NCBI GenBank assembly: GCA_001600815.1
Contig: BCKZ01000014.1
Coordinates: 124,001-188,000 of the forward strand
From: Alloascoidea hylecoeti
Lineage: Eukaryota
Direction: 5' to 3'
Length of the DNA: 64,000 bases
Shown: positions 50,071-61,675 of the stretch, one piece after another
Layout: each line of letters opens with the position of its first letter
Position numbering within the stretch: the stretch's first letter is position 1
Translations under genes and position numbers: made by a program
Notes under the pieces: model-generated
Databases searched by the model: none
What the model was told of the DNA's origin: nothing
Seen by the model: only the letters and a program-made list of their open reading frames with translations

Positions 50071-50248
50071 CCAACTTGAAATCAATAGTAAAAGAAAAGC
50101 TGATGTGAAACGGATCAATTGAAGGCTATGATACATCCGAAAATATAATTAAATGAGTTCGTTGCTCGTACCAATTTCTCTTGTTGTAAAAGTGAAATAT
50201 TAACTCCTGGCCCATCTAAGATATCAGGATATTGTATGGATATATAGC

Positions 50249-50412
50249 TGTAAGCAGACGTTTATGATGGCCAAACAAACCTAGTCTTCCACAAGAAAGC
50301 TGAAACTAAAAGAAGATTATTTTAAGTTCTTGATAGCACCAAGCGCAAATCTAAGGCTCAAATTTATTTAGGAGGTAAGCATTTCGAACTTGGTGGTGAA
50401 AAAAAAAGGTAA
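50249..50412 (+). pseudogene. RPL42: Degenerate fragment of 60S ribosomal protein eL42 (Rpl42/L44), C-terminal half
   Basis: Reads YDGQTNLVFHKKAETK..*..STKRKSKAQIYLGGKHFELGGEKK, against the canonical YGGQTKPVFHKKAKTTKK...CKHFELGGEKK. In-frame stop and lost cysteines. Confidence 0.85.
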
Positions 50413-52728
50413 AACTAATAAAAACAAAATTATATTGTGAAGAGTTACATTCGTTTACAATCAGTGAATGATTTATTGGTACAGCGAGTAAGAAAGCTTA
50501 AGTGTAAGGCATTAAAAGTTAAATATTATTATTATTGTGTTATTATATCAAGCTGTTATTAAATAAAGAAAGACAGAGTTAAGCAGAAACAAATAGAAAG
50601 GATACAAGGAAAATGGTGATATTAACTCTTGGTGATTTTGTCATTTATATAATTAAAAGATATGAATATTGATGGGTTTCATGCAATCAAGCGATGACAC
50701 AGGTGGCAGGAATGACATTTCCATCGACTATAGCAATAATTGTTAGTTATAAATCATATCAATAAATGACTTCTAGTGTATATGATACTTACATAAAAAG
50801 TTTTCTTTCTTTTCTTCTTGCTTTGAAGCGTCGGATTTGTTGTTTTTGAAAGCCATTTTTATAATAGTAGTTTTGAGTAATCAAAAGAGAGTGTTTGAAC
50901 GATGAAAAAAAAAAATATTGATGCGAAATCCTTCTTATTTATATTTTTTTGAATATGTGAGAAAGTAGTATTGAACTTGTAGCTAGTCAAAGATCTATCT
51001 TTGTGCTTCAATTTTCGGAAGAAGTAATATCTTTTAAATTTGAAACAATAATAACCTGGTAATACCATAACTTAATTATTATACCGATCGGGTAAGACAG
51101 TTTAATAAAATGAATTGTAACTCTTCTTAAACGGTGGGAATATAGGTATACCCTAGAAAAATTTTATTCCCGATTGTTACAATCTTGAAATACATATCTA
51201 ACATGCCAGATATAATTAAAAGTCTAATTCCGATTTTATGTTACTAAATACAATAATCCCGAAGTCCAAGATAATGTTTTACGTTTGCTATTAAGTTAAC
51301 TTTATCGATTTATATGGCTCTTTGATATATCTTAAAACAAAATCTATATTTAAATCCATATTAGGCAATATCCACTCATATGCATATGCATATGCAAGAT
51401 CAATTTCGGTTGTAAATAGAATAGTGCATACAATTATATGGAGTAATTTTAGGTATAGCCACGGAGTTTCCTATCCCTATTATAGTGATGATTGATAAAA
51501 CTTTTATGAGATGTTTCAGTTACGTTAGAGTTTCGCTTTATTTCCCCTCACTTGCTAAGTGATCTCTTTAATGCCTTCGGTGTATAATATAACAATGCTA
51601 AGTAAGTTTAACTCTCTTTTTACAAAACACCAAACCTTACTTAATTATCAAATTTGGGACATTAAGAAGCATCAAGTCTCTAACAGCAGAGTCATGCTAC
51701 TAAGATTACTTCAAATTTGATACTGGTAACCTTACTTCACTACTATAGCTATATGTTCAGAATTTCCTGCCATTGAGATCTACCTCAATCGAGCTTTAGT
51801 TCAGACTTTTCATATGCATTTTCTCAATCAAGTATAGATTGTGGATTTCAAATAAAGTCTAATAACTTCAATAATTTGTCTATAGAATCATAATCGATCT
51901 CACTTTCAGAAAATTGGAAACTGTTTCTATTGTTTTGTAGATGTTCTTAAACAATGGAGTTGTAATCTCAAACGTCAGTTATCATTTTCCCGCTTTGAAT
52001 TATGTTTATTTTGGCATGGTGGTGAGTGGTGCTTGAATAGAAGGAAATTAAATTTTAAGCGATTCTTCGAGGTGTATTAACTATCTTCCTAAGCTTAGAG
52101 AAAGAAAGTGCTCACCCCATATAATACAAGCATTTTTATCATCTAGCTATTTAACCCAAGACCAATAATATTCATTAAATATTAGTAATATTGGGTATAT
52201 TTCTCAATAGCCTGCGAATCAATTAAAAGATTACATGATAATAAATTACAAAAATAAAAGATTATGTGATAATAAATTTAATTGAAATAAAGTTTACGTA
52301 ATACTTGTTAAAATGATGACTTTTTAGTTGTCATATTGGTCGCCTTTGGTCATAAGCTCATCACATTATTTCCATTGGTTCCTTCTGGAGGTCAATCAAA
52401 AAATTTGGCGAAGTATAATTGCTTTTTAGTTAACGATAGATTATTAGGTTGGATAGTTACCAAGTTATTGAAAATCATATCGGATAATTTGTTGTATCAA
52501 TTTTGCCACGGTCCATAAACAAATGTATTGGATATTACTATATTAGTAATATAAAATATTAATGAATATTTACATCTTATTTTTTGTGTGATATGTGATC
52601 CATATATAAGGACCTTATATCCTTACTGTTCATGTACATTGATAGTTTATAAAATTCCATCAATTATTTTTATAAAAAAACCTCCTTATTCCCCTAAAAT
52701 AACTATAACAATTTCCAATACTTATAAG

Positions 52729-53784
52729 ATGCCATCATTATCTAGTATTATGGAACAAAATTCAAAGGTAGGTCCTCAGTTGAAGAATCTAGTTGCTGTT
52801 TTTGTTGGTGGCACCTGCGGAATTGGTGAACACACCGCTTACACATTCGCCAAATATACTAAATCTCCTACTATTTATATTATTGGAAGGAACAAAGAAG
52901 CTGGAGCAAAGGTACTTGAGAATCTAAGACAGTTAAATAGTGATGCAGATTCCAAATATTATTTTTATAGTCATGACCTAACATTGATTTCTGAAGCGGA
53001 TAAACTAAACCAAACTGTCTTGGATCAAGAGGATAAAATTAATGTTTTATTTCTATCTGCTGGATATATAGCAATGGATTCTAGGAATGAAAGTTCTGAA
53101 GGAATCGATAAAAAAATGGCAGTTAATTATTATTCTCGTTGGAAGATTGCTGATGAGTTAACACCTTTAGTGGAGAAAGCAGCCGATGCTGGTGAATTGT
53201 CGAGGGTAGTTTCCGTTCTAAAGGCTGGTGAAGAGGGATTCATCCACCCAGAAGATATCGGATTAAAAAAAAGTAAGTGTCCTTAAACTATGATCATGTT
53301 ATTGAGCAAGCTCACTAACAACTACTACTAGATTTTACTTTATCCAACTGTGGAAAACACACTGTTACATTAAATTCTAGTGCAGTTTTGGTAAGTATTT
53401 TCATATATATTTTTGATAAGCATTTATTAACTCTAGAAATAGAACTTTTCTAAAAAATATCCAAAGGTATCATTTGTTCATGCATTTCCAGGCTTAGTAA
53501 AAACTGGTATTTTACGTCAATATCCATGGTATTTAAGATATCCAGTATCTGGCGTATTTAAAATTTTGGCAACTACTGGTGAAAGTAGTGGAGAGAAATT
53601 CTTTTACATATCTGCTTCAAGCAAAGAATTTGCAACAGGTGGAAATTTAGTTAATGAAAATTGTGAACCCATCATTGAAAAATGTAAGAAACGTGGTGAT
53701 TGGTGGAAAGATGAAAATCTGGAAAAGTCATGGGAACATACTTTAGAACAATTTAAACAGGCTTTGAATGGCCAAACGAAGTGA
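52729..53784 (+). CDS. Short-chain dehydrogenase/reductase (exons 52729-53272, 53332-53390, 53443-53784)
   Basis: Rossmann motif VAVFVGGTCGIG, plus IYIIGRN, EGIDKKMAVNYYSR and FVHAFPGLVKT. Two GTAAGT introns restore the frame. Confidence 0.9.
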
Positions 53785-53970
53785 GTTTTGATGTACCCTT
53801 TATTACACAATATTTTGAAAGTATAATTAAACTGGAAGGATTATTGTTTATCAACCTGAATAGTTTTATTGCGTTTTTGCTTACATAGTATGAATTAATA
53901 GTTTGAGAGATGTAAAAATACACAAAAAATCGTATATCATATTATATTATATAGTGGTAAAATATCATAG

Positions 53971-55812
53971 CTAAGCTTCATTGGTATTAAAAACAAGGGA
54001 TAATTTAAATAAAAGGTAACATAAAAAGAAGGAAGAAATTAAAGCACTTCGTACTCTCTTAGAAATTCTACCTCTAGAAACTGGGTTTAAACTGTTTGAA
54101 TTAGTAGAGATCATGTTAAAATTAGGAACAACAGAAAATGTAATTTTTTCAGTGTTAACGTTAGTCATATTTCTTTTAATAAGAGGTTCACCTTTTAAAA
54201 TTTTATCCAATGTTTCTCTAATCAAATGAGGATTTGGTCCAACTTGTTTTGAAATTATCTCCCCATCATTAAGGTAAAATAAAGTAGGTATATGAGTAAT
54301 CTCATTAGCAGCTGCAACACTTTGTAATTGGTCAATATCTACCTTAATGAAATTGAAATCATTTCCATACTCTTGTTCTATTTTTGATAGATGAGGCTCT
54401 AATGCACGGCAATATGGACACCACTCAGCAGTAAAGAATGAAACCACAAGTCCATCGGTACTAAGCCTTTCATAATCTTCAGATGATTTTACTATAGTGA
54501 TGTTTTTAGCTGTAACTTCGTTTGAAGGTCTTAAGCTCTTTGATTTAGTACTGACCATGTTAGAATTAGGAACAATAGGAAATGTAACTTTTTCAGTGTT
54601 AGCGTTAATCATATTCTCTTCAATAAGAAGTTCTCCTTTTAAAACCTTGTCCAATGTTTCTCTGATCAAATGAGGATTTGGCCCACCTTGTCTTGTAATT
54701 ACCTCCCCATCATTAAGATATATTAAAGTAGGTATTCCAGTAATCTCGTTATCTTCAATAACACTTGGTAATTTGTCAAAATCTACCTTAAGGAAATTGA
54801 AATTATCTCCATACTCTTTTTCGATTTTTAATAGATGAGGCTCTAATGCATGGCAATAGGAACACCACTTAGCAGTGAAAAAAGATACCACAAGTCCATT
54901 GGTACTCAACTTTTCATACTCTTCAGGTGATTCTATTAAGGTGAAGCCTTTAGTTGTAACTTCATTTGAACCGATAGACTCAATTGCAAATTGTTTCCCA
55001 TTAGTTAAGGTCATTTCTGAAGTTGAAAAATCATCCAAGATACCATTTAAAGTTTCTCTGATAACATGAGGACTTGGTAAAGCCTGTCTACTAATCAATA
55101 CACCATTATTAAAATAAAAAAGAGTAGGTATGCTGTAGATCTCATTATCAATAGCAATATCTTGTAATTCATCAACATCTACTTTGAAGAAGTTAAACTT
55201 TGTTTTATATTCTTGTTCAATTCTTATTACTTGTGGTTCAAGGGCACGACAATCAGGACACCAATCAGCACCAAAGTATGTAACAACAAGACCTTTTGAG
55301 ATAACTTTCTCGTATTCTTCAATAGATGATACTTTTGTAAGAGAACTAGATTTGACCAGATTATGGCCAGCGGACATCAATTTTCTCAAGTTCAAACGGA
55401 CATCTAAAAGCTTTGGTTCCAATTGGTTGTGGATAACTTCGTTATTCTTAATATAGAGTAAAGTAAGATTGGAAGTAATGTAAACCTCCTTGCTTAATCC
55501 TATCAATAATCCCGTAGTAGGTAATATATCTAGACTTACCTGAATGAACGAGATATTATCTTCAAACTCGGTCTGGATCTTTTCCAATTCAGGAATAAAA
55601 GCTTTAGAGACAGCTGACCCAGGTAAATAAAACGCTACAAGAACTAATCCAGAAGATTTTGAGGTTGCTGATCCTAATTCCTTCAGATCCTTGATTTCCC
55701 TGATAACGTTCCGGTTGCTAGGCACAGCTTGAACTCTTGATACGTCGTAACCAGATTCAGTGCAGGCACAGTTCTGAATTGATCTAGGGCGTAATGGATA
55801 AAAGTTACACAT
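53971..55812 (-). CDS. Multi-thioredoxin-domain protein (one degenerate + three CxxC domains) with a C-terminal hydrophobic anchor
   Basis: WCPDC, WCSYC and WCPYC are each followed by KVDxD...IPTL (cis-Pro loop). The first domain has FYLPGSAVS in place of WCxxC. The C-terminus is RISKRVRSALISSFFLCYLLFKLSLVF. Confidence 0.85.
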   Translation of the reverse strand: MCNFYPLRPRSIQNCACTESGYDVSRVQAVPSNRNVIREIKDLKELGSATSKSSGLVLVAFYLPGSAVSKAFIPELEKIQTEFEDNISFIQVSLDILPTTGLLIGLSKEVYITSNLTLLYIKNNEVIHNQLEPKLLDVRLNLRKLMSAGHNLVKSSSLTKVSSIEEYEKVISKGLVVTYFGADWCPDCRALEPQVIRIEQEYKTKFNFFKVDVDELQDIAIDNEIYSIPTLFYFNNGVLISRQALPSPHVIRETLNGILDDFSTSEMTLTNGKQFAIESIGSNEVTTKGFTLIESPEEYEKLSTNGLVVSFFTAKWCSYCHALEPHLLKIEKEYGDNFNFLKVDFDKLPSVIEDNEITGIPTLIYLNDGEVITRQGGPNPHLIRETLDKVLKGELLIEENMINANTEKVTFPIVPNSNMVSTKSKSLRPSNEVTAKNITIVKSSEDYERLSTDGLVVSFFTAEWCPYCRALEPHLSKIEQEYGNDFNFIKVDIDQLQSVAAANEITHIPTLFYLNDGEIISKQVGPNPHLIRETLDKILKGEPLIKRNMTNVNTEKITFSVVPNFNMISTNSNSLNPVSRGRISKRVRSALISSFFLCYLLFKLSLVFNTNEA

Positions 55813-56130
55813 TATAAAAACACCTGTTGAAGATAAAAACAGAGAAGGTCTTAATTATTAATATTTATAATAAAATGGAAGTGATAACACGTGAAACTCC
55901 CTAATACTAATCAACACTAGTTAATTTTAAATTATGAAGAACTTTAACTAAGATGATAGATTAAGATCAAAAAAAATAAGATAAGGCATTAATCTATCTA
56001 TTTATGTCTTATATCGCTAAGCCACTTACACTGTCTTTGAAGGTTCAAATGCTGAGATTTAACACATGTATGTTATGTCACTTTTTAATGTTAATGTGGA
56101 TAAACTGAAAGTTCGATTGTAAGTTTATCA

Positions 56131-56760
56131 TATCAATATTGACACCTGATCGTTCCTTCGTAAAAGTGCTTCTCGGATCTTTTTCGCTCTCTTCAATACC
56201 ACTGGATTATTCACGTAGCTCACTATTTCATCAAAAATTTCTTGTTGAAATGAATCCAGTTTTGTGGTATTTTGGATATCTTGTTTCCACTATTCTTTAC
56301 AAGAAACAAATGATTTTATGGTGTCCATTTTTCGGTAATAATACGGTATAGATTAGAAAATTCAATGACACGATCTTTGAGGTATTTAATACCACCGATT
56401 TGTCGGCCCCTCGTCTTCTAATCCATTAATGATCCTCTTTCCAATGCCATATTTCGTACATATTTTTGTTCATTAAACGTTGTTCTAAGTAAAATGCGAG
56501 AGTCTGGTTTATTTTTAGATTCATAATAAGGTATGATGGTAAAAATGATATCCTCATTAATTTGACCTTCAATATATGACAAGTTCTACCTCCGTATTCA
56601 GGTCTTAATTCAATGCTAGCTAACTTATCAATAACTTTTACTTGTTTACCTTTTACATCAAATTTTATTTTTAAATCTTGTGATATAATATGATTTCTAG
56701 TATATATGGGATCATCATAAGCAGTTTGAAAACATCCTCCTGTATACGTATCATATCTTA
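56131..56760 (-). pseudogene. DUF4246-family (2OG-Fe(II) oxygenase-like) pseudogene
   Basis: Reads KQVKVIDKLASIELRPEYGGRTCH / IEGQINEDIIFTIIPYYE (frameshift) ... IGGIKYLKDRVIEFSN ... AKKIREALL, resembling the family motif QVIVKLANIELTPE..WHVEGQLNEHI as I recall it. Confidence 0.6.
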
Positions 56761-56939
56761 AAATTTAAATATCAATTTGCGATGGTATAATCTATTTTAA
56801 AAGGTAGTTCGTATAGCTTTTTTTTACGAATTAGCTACAACTTTTGTTGGGAAGTAAACTAAGCTAATATATAGTATAACTGAGAACAAGCGTAGATAAT
56901 ATCACACATCTCACCCTAACACAAATCTTATCACCTCTG

Positions 56940-58770
56940 ATTCAATAACAGATAAGTTAAATAACTATAAGAAAGTTGTTTTGGGACATCGTTCTAATAG
57001 TCAAGACTTGCTCTTTGATAGTGACGATCTTCTAGCTGATTTTGGAGATTTTAATGATCCACAATTTTTGAAGGTCCTACCTACGTAAACAGAGAACTAC
57101 TATTCTTCATTGGTTTGGCAGGAAAGGTGATCCTGAACTACCGGCTTTATTTTTGCTGAATATTCCCACTACCGGACTTTCTGCTGCTCAAGACCCAAAC
57201 ACAGGCACAAGCACAGGCACAGGTACACATTCAAAAAAGAGTAGAAGGCCAGCGACGAGCAATAGAGCGTCCTCTATAATACACGATATCAAAATTAATC
57301 AAAATTTGAACAACTGTGATCTTAATTTTAAAGAAGAGTTGGAATGGTTACAAAACAAATGCTCAAAAGCAAATACGAATGATATAAATTCTAATATTGA
57401 TAGAATCTTAGACACACCAATAAAGCAGGTTAGTGGCATCACCGAAGCTAATGTTTCACAATTCCTAGACCGCAAAATATTTAGTCCATCCGAAAATATA
57501 ATTAGTTTGCTATATGAAGAGGACTTTGACTTACAAATTTTATCCGAAAACCGATTAACATCTAAAGAAAGTGGTATTTCAAGTATGAATCTAGTTCCAG
57601 ATTATATCGTACAAACTGATTCTAATATCTTTATAACTATAGAACTGAAAAACCAAATATTATCGTGGACATAGAAAATCCCTTTGATGACAATTTCAAC
57701 AATATTTTAACTCAATCTGTTAACCAGTGTCTTCTTTCTAAAACTCCTTTTGGATGCATTTCTGATTCTAATCAAACCATTTTATATCAAATAGATATTG
57801 TTATATATAAAGATATTAAAGTTGAAGATTTTCCAACAAGAATTGATAATGAAAACAAATGTTATAAAATATTACCAATCAAACATGTGATTTTGAATAA
57901 TCAGCGTTTGCTTTTGCATTTTATTTTATTTATCAGAAAATCCATCAAAAACAAAGGTGAATAATGCCGTTAAAAACCTTTTAAATTGTTTACGCAAAAC
58001 TCCAAGCGAGACTAATTTGGATGCAGAAAAAGCGAGATCTGAATTAAAACAATTACTACAAAAAGAACTCGCCAAAAAGGAAGTTAAGTTTGCTTGTATG
58101 GATTTATGTTTAAAGATATTTTAACAGAATCGGAGTTTAACGGCATGTGTATTTAACATTCACGGAACCGAAAATATCACACTCAAGTAATGAAATTGTC
58201 GAAGGAATTATTTGAAAAAATAGGCAGAAATCAAAATGTACAAATATTAATGGAAAATGGAAAAGAATACATTCTAAAAATCTACGATCCTTTTTGTGCT
58301 TTCAAGGGCAATCGACGTTCTGATTATATGCCCCAAAATGTTTTCAACATTTTGCGACTGAATATCAAACATATTGTCTAATAAAAGATCATAAGAGGTG
58401 TATAAACTTTGTTCCAAACTTAATCTGTTTTGGATTTATTGAATTCAAATCTGATTCTGGTGCACATGAAAATGATGGCGGTATTTTCATTTTGATGGAC
58501 TATATCAAAGGCAAAACACCGTACTTCACAGATCCTAGCATCTTCCAAAAAGCAGAAACAAGTCTCCAGATTCTTCATTTCTATAACATTATACACGGTG
58601 ACAGAAGAAAACAAAATTTAATAAAAAGTTCTGATGGAACTATTTACTTTATAGATTTCGGTTTCTCCAGTAGTAGAGCACAACCTAAAAAAATTTCAAG
58701 TGAAGGAATAGAAGAACAATTGAAAGTTGGAAAGGAAAATGATATTGCTGACTTGTATGGTCTGAGATGA
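56940..58770 (+). pseudogene. Fragmented PD-(D/E)xK-like + protein kinase-like gene
   Basis: LVPDYIV...ITIELKN, then NILTQSVNQC..FGCISD, YILKIYDP, ILMDYIKG and IIHGDRRKQNL...IYFIDFGFS, spread over at least four frames with stops. Confidence 0.7.
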
Positions 58771-59556
58771 GGTCAAAATAATTTATTATTTGTAATTGAA
58801 TATCATATTTCATCATTTTTATTTTAGATGATAATAATCTTTTAAGTGTTATAAATGAGGATGGGTTATGGTGGTGATATGGAACTAAAAATGCAAATGT
58901 TTGTTATTTGCTTGGTGCTAAATAAAGAATTTTATCATATTAAATATACATGTATAATTGATCTACTCTGGATTGTAAGGTTAGTTGTAATTATAAGGAA
59001 CTAAGGTAATGTTTATTAGAGGAGATATGTAGACTTATATACGCAGATGAGCTTGAGAGTTTGACATAGATTCCAATGTTTGTTATTCCGAGTAATAGAA
59101 ATTTTTGCCTAGTATTAAGTCTTTTTTATTTTCAAAATTTTTTGGTTGTTATAAATAGTATTTAAAGATATAGAAGTATAATATTAATGTTAACATGTTA
59201 TTAGGGTAAGATATTGCTATAGTTATATCACATTGGTCAATTAATATGTTTAAAGAATAAGGAAGAGTATATTAGAATCTTGTAATTGTTCTATAATTTT
59301 TGGGGATAGTTGAGCATTTACGAATCTATTAAGATGAGGTGTCATATGATTATTTGGATCAATGTTTAATGTGGATATTGAGTTTTGATGTTATGAATTT
59401 ATTAATGATGATGAGAATAAAGGTGAAGAATGAGAAACAGTTCCATTTCTTGATATTGACAAATCTATAAAACATTGTAATTCTTCAGAGGATTTTAAAG
59501 TCCAACTTAAAAATGCTCTCCTCGTACATACATCAAAATCATCAAAATCATCAAAA

Positions 59557-59781
59557 TACCCAAAATTGCGTATGGTAGTATCAAATGATCAAGAAGGAAG
59601 CGCAACTCATCAAAGATGTACAAGCACAAATGATCAGATAAGTGCACACCTATCTTAGATAATAGAAAAATTATCCATTTTCAAAGATAGGTGTCTACTT
59701 ATATGACTCTTCTTTTATATTTGTACATCTTTGAACAATTATTCCTCCTTCATTTGATACCATCATACACAATTTTGGGTA
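59557..59781. mobile_element. 225-bp imperfect palindrome, MITE/foldback-like, flanked by TA
   Basis: Paired blocks TACCCAAAATTG/CAATTTTGGGTA, GTATCAAATGA/TCATTTGATAC, TCAAAGATGTACAA/TTGTACATCTTTGA and ACACCTATCTT/AAGATAGGTGT. Confidence 0.7.
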
Positions 59782-59909
59782 ACCAGGAGAAAATCTTCAA
59801 ATAGGGCTTTTCAAATATTTTAAATATGAAGTTGGATTTAAAAATAAAAATAATACCTGAAGTAGAAGATTGATTTAACCTTGCATATCAATTAGATCTT
59901 GAGGAAAAT

Positions 59910-60660
59910 GTAATAGTTGATGAAGCTTTGTTTCCAGTAGTAGATTCTAGACAAGTATGGTGACTTGGTTTATGAAGCTCCCAGGATAACGAAGATAAAC
60001 CAATATTATTATTCTCGAGGGAAAGAGGAAAATACTCTATTTAAGCAAATTCACATTAACGTTAGCCTTCAATCGCGTTTTTTACAATTTTGGATGCCTC
60101 AATGTCGGACAATGGCCAGTGAGTAAACATAGGATGTCGCTCCCCAATTTGTATCATGTGCCGTAAACTTTTGATAAACCTTATTTGATATCAAAACTTT
60201 AATCTTTTCTAAATATTCGAAATATAAATAGATCTGCTGAATATAGAGGAAAAAGAGATATCGTCTATTTAACTGGATCAGGTCATTCCTATGCTGAAAC
60301 TGGCAGAATAGAGGGTGATCCTCAGAATATCGCGAGACTACCTTTTATTCAGGCTTTTGAAGATGGTTTTTTCAACAGGACAATACTCCAATCCCTAAAT
60401 CGAAAAACGAGAAGGAAATCCGTGTTGGCCTGTAAGCTTTCCAAACCTAAACACCATTGTACCCCGTGTGGCACAAGATCAAAATCGATTCAGGAAGTAG
60501 CCACCATGAGTTAGTTATAATGAAATGTAGTATCAGGAAGGTCAAAAATAGTCTCTCAAAAGTATAGCCAAAGTTATGAGTCAGCTAGATCAATCAATTC
60601 TTGACCGCTCTTCACATACTAATTAGATCCATGCCAAAGGGAAAATTGACTACTGGAATT
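59910..60660 (+). mobile_element. Degenerate Tc1/mariner (DDE) transposase remnant
   Basis: In the expected order: VDEALF..DSRQVW (about 59916), FQQDNTP (60370), WPVSFPNLNTIV.VWHKIK (60426; consensus WPxxSPDLNPIExxW) and LIRSMP (about 60620). Confidence 0.8.
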
Positions 60661-61675
60661 GTGTCCATTGTATGCGATCAGGTTATAGAACCCTTTGAAT
60701 CTTACAGTGGGGCTTAATATGTTGCTGGTATAGCCTGTCGAGTCATTCTCTCACTTTCAAGAATATGATATTACCCTAATCCCAGCAGATACTTAAATTG
60801 GTACTGAAGCTGAATTTATTGATTTTGCATTTTTGTCTTCAATATTATTGTAACTGAACGCTCTATTTAGCAATGCGATGTTAATCCGTATCTATGGCTC
60901 TAATAGCATATAAACGAGAGCAAAAAAAAATTATATTGTCTATATTGATACTGGTGTTTTCTTTTTTATTAATATAAACTTTCTCTCCTTCTTTGTCTGT
61001 TTTAGATTGAGCAACTATTATGGTCCCGATATGAGTGTAAAAGTAACAATATATAAAGTTTAATGCTTTTACAGAGTTTTACCTCGAGCTCAGTAAGGAG
61101 CAGATTATCAATATATTTTAAAACACCACGTTGTAATTACAGTACAGACTTAAGTATAATCACGAGTAAGTTTATCAAAGAAACAATCATCTTTTCTAAA
61201 CACTTCAAATATGAAATATAAATGTTAAATTTCTTATTAAGAGATCTCATTGTGCATAGCAAAAATATTTAAGGTTCCGTTGTATAGCTATGACGCAGGG
61301 TCCGGCAGTTGAAACAATTACAACTAACAGTAAGAGTCTTATCCCTAACCTTCTTCTTACACTGATGATCCAATATACTCACAAAATAAACTTTAAATGA
61401 TAAAATGCATATAATTACCAACCGAATCTGTAACAAAACGGGATATAAAACTTATTTTGTTTTAATGGAATATATATCAATACATCAATATCAATAAAAT
61501 CTCTTATATCAAACGATGTTAAAGCAAGGTTGATTATATTTAAAATCTAAGTAGTCTCCTCTTATACATATTTTTTTTTTTAATTTCTCCTTTTTGAATT
61601 TAATATTTATTCCTCTTTAATTTAATGATAATCGTTTTAAATTAAAAAAATCTAATAGATATTTATGATTATAAA

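Noticed and set aside
51378..51396. Recurrent TGCATA/ATGCAC runs (also at about 22396 and 48820)
   Set aside because: Short and low-complexity. Enrichment cannot be shown without counting.
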